Positions 60,637 through 64,000 of a stretch of 64,000 nucleotides of DNA are shown here, piece after piece. Source of the DNA: Rhynchobatus australiae (taxonomy: Eukaryota); assembly GCA_034780895.1 (NCBI GenBank), contig JAUZTB010000076.1:47858203-47922202 (forward strand). Reading direction: 5' to 3'. A program made the translations under genes and the position numbers. Below the pieces are notes generated by a model. It did no database searches. It was given only the letters and a program-made list of their open reading frames with translations, and was not told the DNA's origin. Each line of letters starts with the position of its first letter. Position 1 is the first letter of the stretch.

Positions 60637-63574
60637 GTAAGGCAAGTTATAGTGTCTCAAGGCTGACAGCCAGGATGAGAGAAGTGACAGGTTTCTGATC
60701 TCACAGAGGGACAGAGCAGCTCTTCGCATGAGTGTCCTACTGCCCTTCATGCTTGGACTGCCCCATATGCATTCTGGTTTACCATTAAACACTGACAACC
60801 AGATGGAAAAGGATACATTTCTCATAGTCACTTACCAATATTTCAAAGTCCTTTTTATTTTTCATGCGTCTTAAGTTTACAGAGTGATGGCTATTTAAGG
60901 TTTAGAACTGTTCCTAGAGTTATGGACTAGCTCTTAAGATCAGGACTAAAAAATTAAGTACCATGGTGTAAGATCTTGCATTGTACAATAGTGTGGNNNN
61001 NNNNNNNNNNNNNNNNNNNNNNNNNCAAGTCTCCCAAGGTTTTATTATTTTCCATATATCTCTCTTAACAATCTTCAGATCAATTTTCAGCAAAAGAGCT
61101 GATCTATACATTTGATTGCTAATGGTTTTTCTAATGCATTAGAATAGAATTTGTTTCATATTTAATTCAGTTTCCACTTAAAAGTCTACTAATTGCTTTG
61201 ACTGTATATATAGAACATATCAATCAGTAGCGCTCTGGTAAATTTGCATTGCAAGATGAAATTGGAAGAATATATTTTTAATTATACCTGAGGATAATTT
61301 CATATTCCAATTGGTTTGAAACCATGGCTTCAGACTAGATAAGAGGATGAGCTACAATGAAAATGGTGCCACAAGAAAATTGGCTGGTTTGCTCATCTGT
61401 GCCTTCAATATATTGAGGTTGTGGCCGCATAACGAGAACGTATTTGTACCCGTGCAGAAGCAAAGAACTGAGCATAAACCAGGCGATTGAAGGACAAGGC
61501 CTGTGGCCTCATCCTTCAATTGTCCAGCTTATCCTCAATTTCCCAGCACAGCATGCNNNNNNNNNNNNNNNNNNNNNNNNNNNNNNNNNNNNNNNNNNNN
61601 NNNNNNNNNNNNNNNNNNNNNNNNNNNNNNNNNNNNNNNNNNNNNNNNNNNNNNNNNNNNNNNNNNNNNNNNNNNNNNNNNNNNNNNNNNNNNNNNNNNN
61701 NNNNNNNNNNNNNNNNNNNNNNNNNNNNNNNNNNNNNNNNNNNNNNNNNNNNNNNNNNNNNNNNNNNNNNNNNNNNNNNNNNNNNNNNNNNNNNNNNNNN
61801 NNNNNNNNNNNNNNNNNNNNNNNNNNNNNNNNNNNNNNNNNNNNNNNNNNNNNNNNNNNNNNNNNNNNNNNNNNNNNNNNNNNNNNNNNNNNNNNNNNNN
61901 NNNNNNNNNNNNNNNNNNNNNNNNNNNNNNNNNNNNNNNNNNNNNNNNNNNNNNNNNNNNTTATCAAGTGTACTGCTGAGTGGATATGTAGGATTGGAAC
62001 TCTTGTTAAATGTGGAATAGAGCTTTGTGGAAATGTAAACAGAATGCAGATCTTCCCTTAAGGGTTTGGAGTGATTTTCCTGATGGAATTTGACGAGGTT
62101 GAAATGGGTTTCTTTTGTTTGCCATTTGGAAAGGAGGTAGTGGCACTTATCGTGCGTGTGTAAGATCTGTAAGTGTCTTTTAGCTCACTCTTTGAGAATG
62201 AGGAACTGCAGATCGGAACTCATCGTTTCCCTTTCATATGAAAATTGCCCAGTCTTCAGAAGATAAAAATCACAGTGGCGACCACATCCCTGGAATGCTG
62301 CTACAATTTGAAGACACTCAGTTGAGGCTCTACTAACAGGAATTTATTACGCCTGGTATGTAGGTGCAATTGTGGTATGATACCTGTGATACCAAAGCAG
62401 ATGTCTCTTTAAATAAACTGTGGCAGAAATTCATTACAGAAATGATTTCCTCATGAGAATTGATTACTCTCCCGGGAATGTGCGTTAGCCATGGAAATTG
62501 TTAACCAGACTGGTTAGAATATCAGTTATTNNNNNNNNNNNNNNNNNNNNNNNNNNNNNNNNNNNNNNNNNNNNNNNNNNNNNNNNNNNNNNNNNNNNNN
62601 NNNNNNNNNNNNNNNNNNNATTTGAACAACTGTGGACAACATGGAATGAATAAATGAGTAGTGGAATTATTACAAGTTTATAATTTGAATAAGGGCGCAA
62701 ATAATGAGTGAAACTTCAGTGGTTTGTGAAGGCCATCTGGATTTTGAAGTTATACCTCACACTTCAAATTACTCTCAACGGTATTAATATTCATTTAGAG
62801 GATGAATATGTTTATCTATCATGACAAGACCCAAAATTTTATGTCTTAATTTAGCAAAATAGTACTTGTGGCCAAAAAAAAATTAGACTGAGACAGTAGA
62901 TGGTGTGCTGATTGGCCACGTTTAACACAACTTGTCACTTCTCAGAGAGCATCCATCCCTCACCAGAAGGTTTTAGCTTGTTAATGTTACTCGATGAAGT
63001 TTGTCATTCTCTGCAGCCCTCCAATCAAATTGAAAAGTGAATATTTTAGCCATTTTGCAGAATATGCCTTGCCCTGCATCGTTACCTTCGGAGTCCTTGT
63101 GGGTTTATTCTTGGTGGGGTGACCAACTTTTCAAAATGATGAAGAAGAACATTTAAAGAATACATAATGCTGAGTATGGTGTAGCCAGTTATGTGGGTGT
63201 GTCTTCTTTCGGACCTACTCAAGTGAAGGTTTTACAGCACGGGAAGCTCTACTGACATCAGGACATCCCTTGAGCAAGTGAACCTCCTTTGGGCAGCAAG
63301 TTTTAGTAAATACTAATTTATTTTTGTAGATAGAAGTCTCTTTTCTCAAACTGCACTAGGCAGTGTATTTGGAACTGATGGGATGGAGCAGTCATTCAGT
63401 GCAGGGCCAGAACTAATCCTTCATAGGTCACACATTTCCTGACCAAACACTGACCAAATTGGCTTCTTTTTTAGCCCAAAGCTTTGTCCTAATGGGTCTT
63501 AAGGCATATAATAAGGACATCCCCTTGGTCTATGTGTTGGATTCTTAACTTCCCCCAATACACGTTGTTGCGTC

Positions 63575-64000
63575 AAAGAGCCATACAGCACAGAAGTGGG
63601 CCCTTAAGTCCACCATGTCCATGCTGACTATCAAGTACCCTTCTACGCTAGTCCCATTTATCTAGCACTTGGTCCNNNNNNNNNNNNNNNNNNNNNNNNN
63701 NNNNNNNNNNNNNNNNNNNNNNNNNNNNNNNNNNNNNNNNNNNNNNNNNNNNNNNNNNNNNNNNNNNNNNNNNNNACGCTAGTCCCATTTATCTAGCACT
63801 TGGTCCTTACCTTGGCGATTCATGTGCTTACCTAGGTACTTAAATATCATGAGAGTCTCGGCCTCTATCATCCCTTCAGTCAGTGCATTCTAGATTCTAG
63901 CCACCTCTGGATTAAAAAAAATTCTACTTGAGAATTTAGAATTTAGACTTGAGAATCTACTCCGCTAAATCTCCTACTCCCTTACCTTAAATTTATGCTC
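63575..64000 (-). mobile_element. CR1-like LINE 3' end
   Basis: agagccatacagcacagaagtgggccctt tail; cagtgcattctagattctagccacctctgg. Confidence 0.8.

Noticed and set aside
62200-62340. Candidate terminal ADGRD2 exon after ctgcAG
   Set aside because: Phase-0 frame stops after 9 codons, lacks the expected VR start and has no polypyrimidine tract

Overview
Vertebrate genomic DNA with many N gaps. It is almost certainly from a cartilaginous fish, inferred from HE1/V-SINE, Deu-domain SINE, LF-SINE-like, CR1-like and Penelope repeat families. The only protein-coding gene I can support is the 3' part of an adhesion GPCR on the + strand, most similar to ADGRD2/GPR144. Eight GT-AG exons with consistent phases encode the GPS motif and TM1-TM7. 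Seven lie in 592-8177; the eighth is a 42-bp exon at 60595-60636, after a ~52.4-kb intron. That intron is full of decayed transposons: a Gypsy pol/integrase remnant, a PIF/Harbinger transposase remnant, RTE, CR1 and L2 LINE pieces, Penelope pieces with palindromic ends and hammerhead-like cores, a foldback/MITE-like inverted repeat and a 5S rRNA-derived copy. No prokaryotic-type system (CRISPR, operon) is present, and I found no clearly new biological system. Family assignments rest on recalled consensus motifs, not database searches, and repeat boundaries are approximate.
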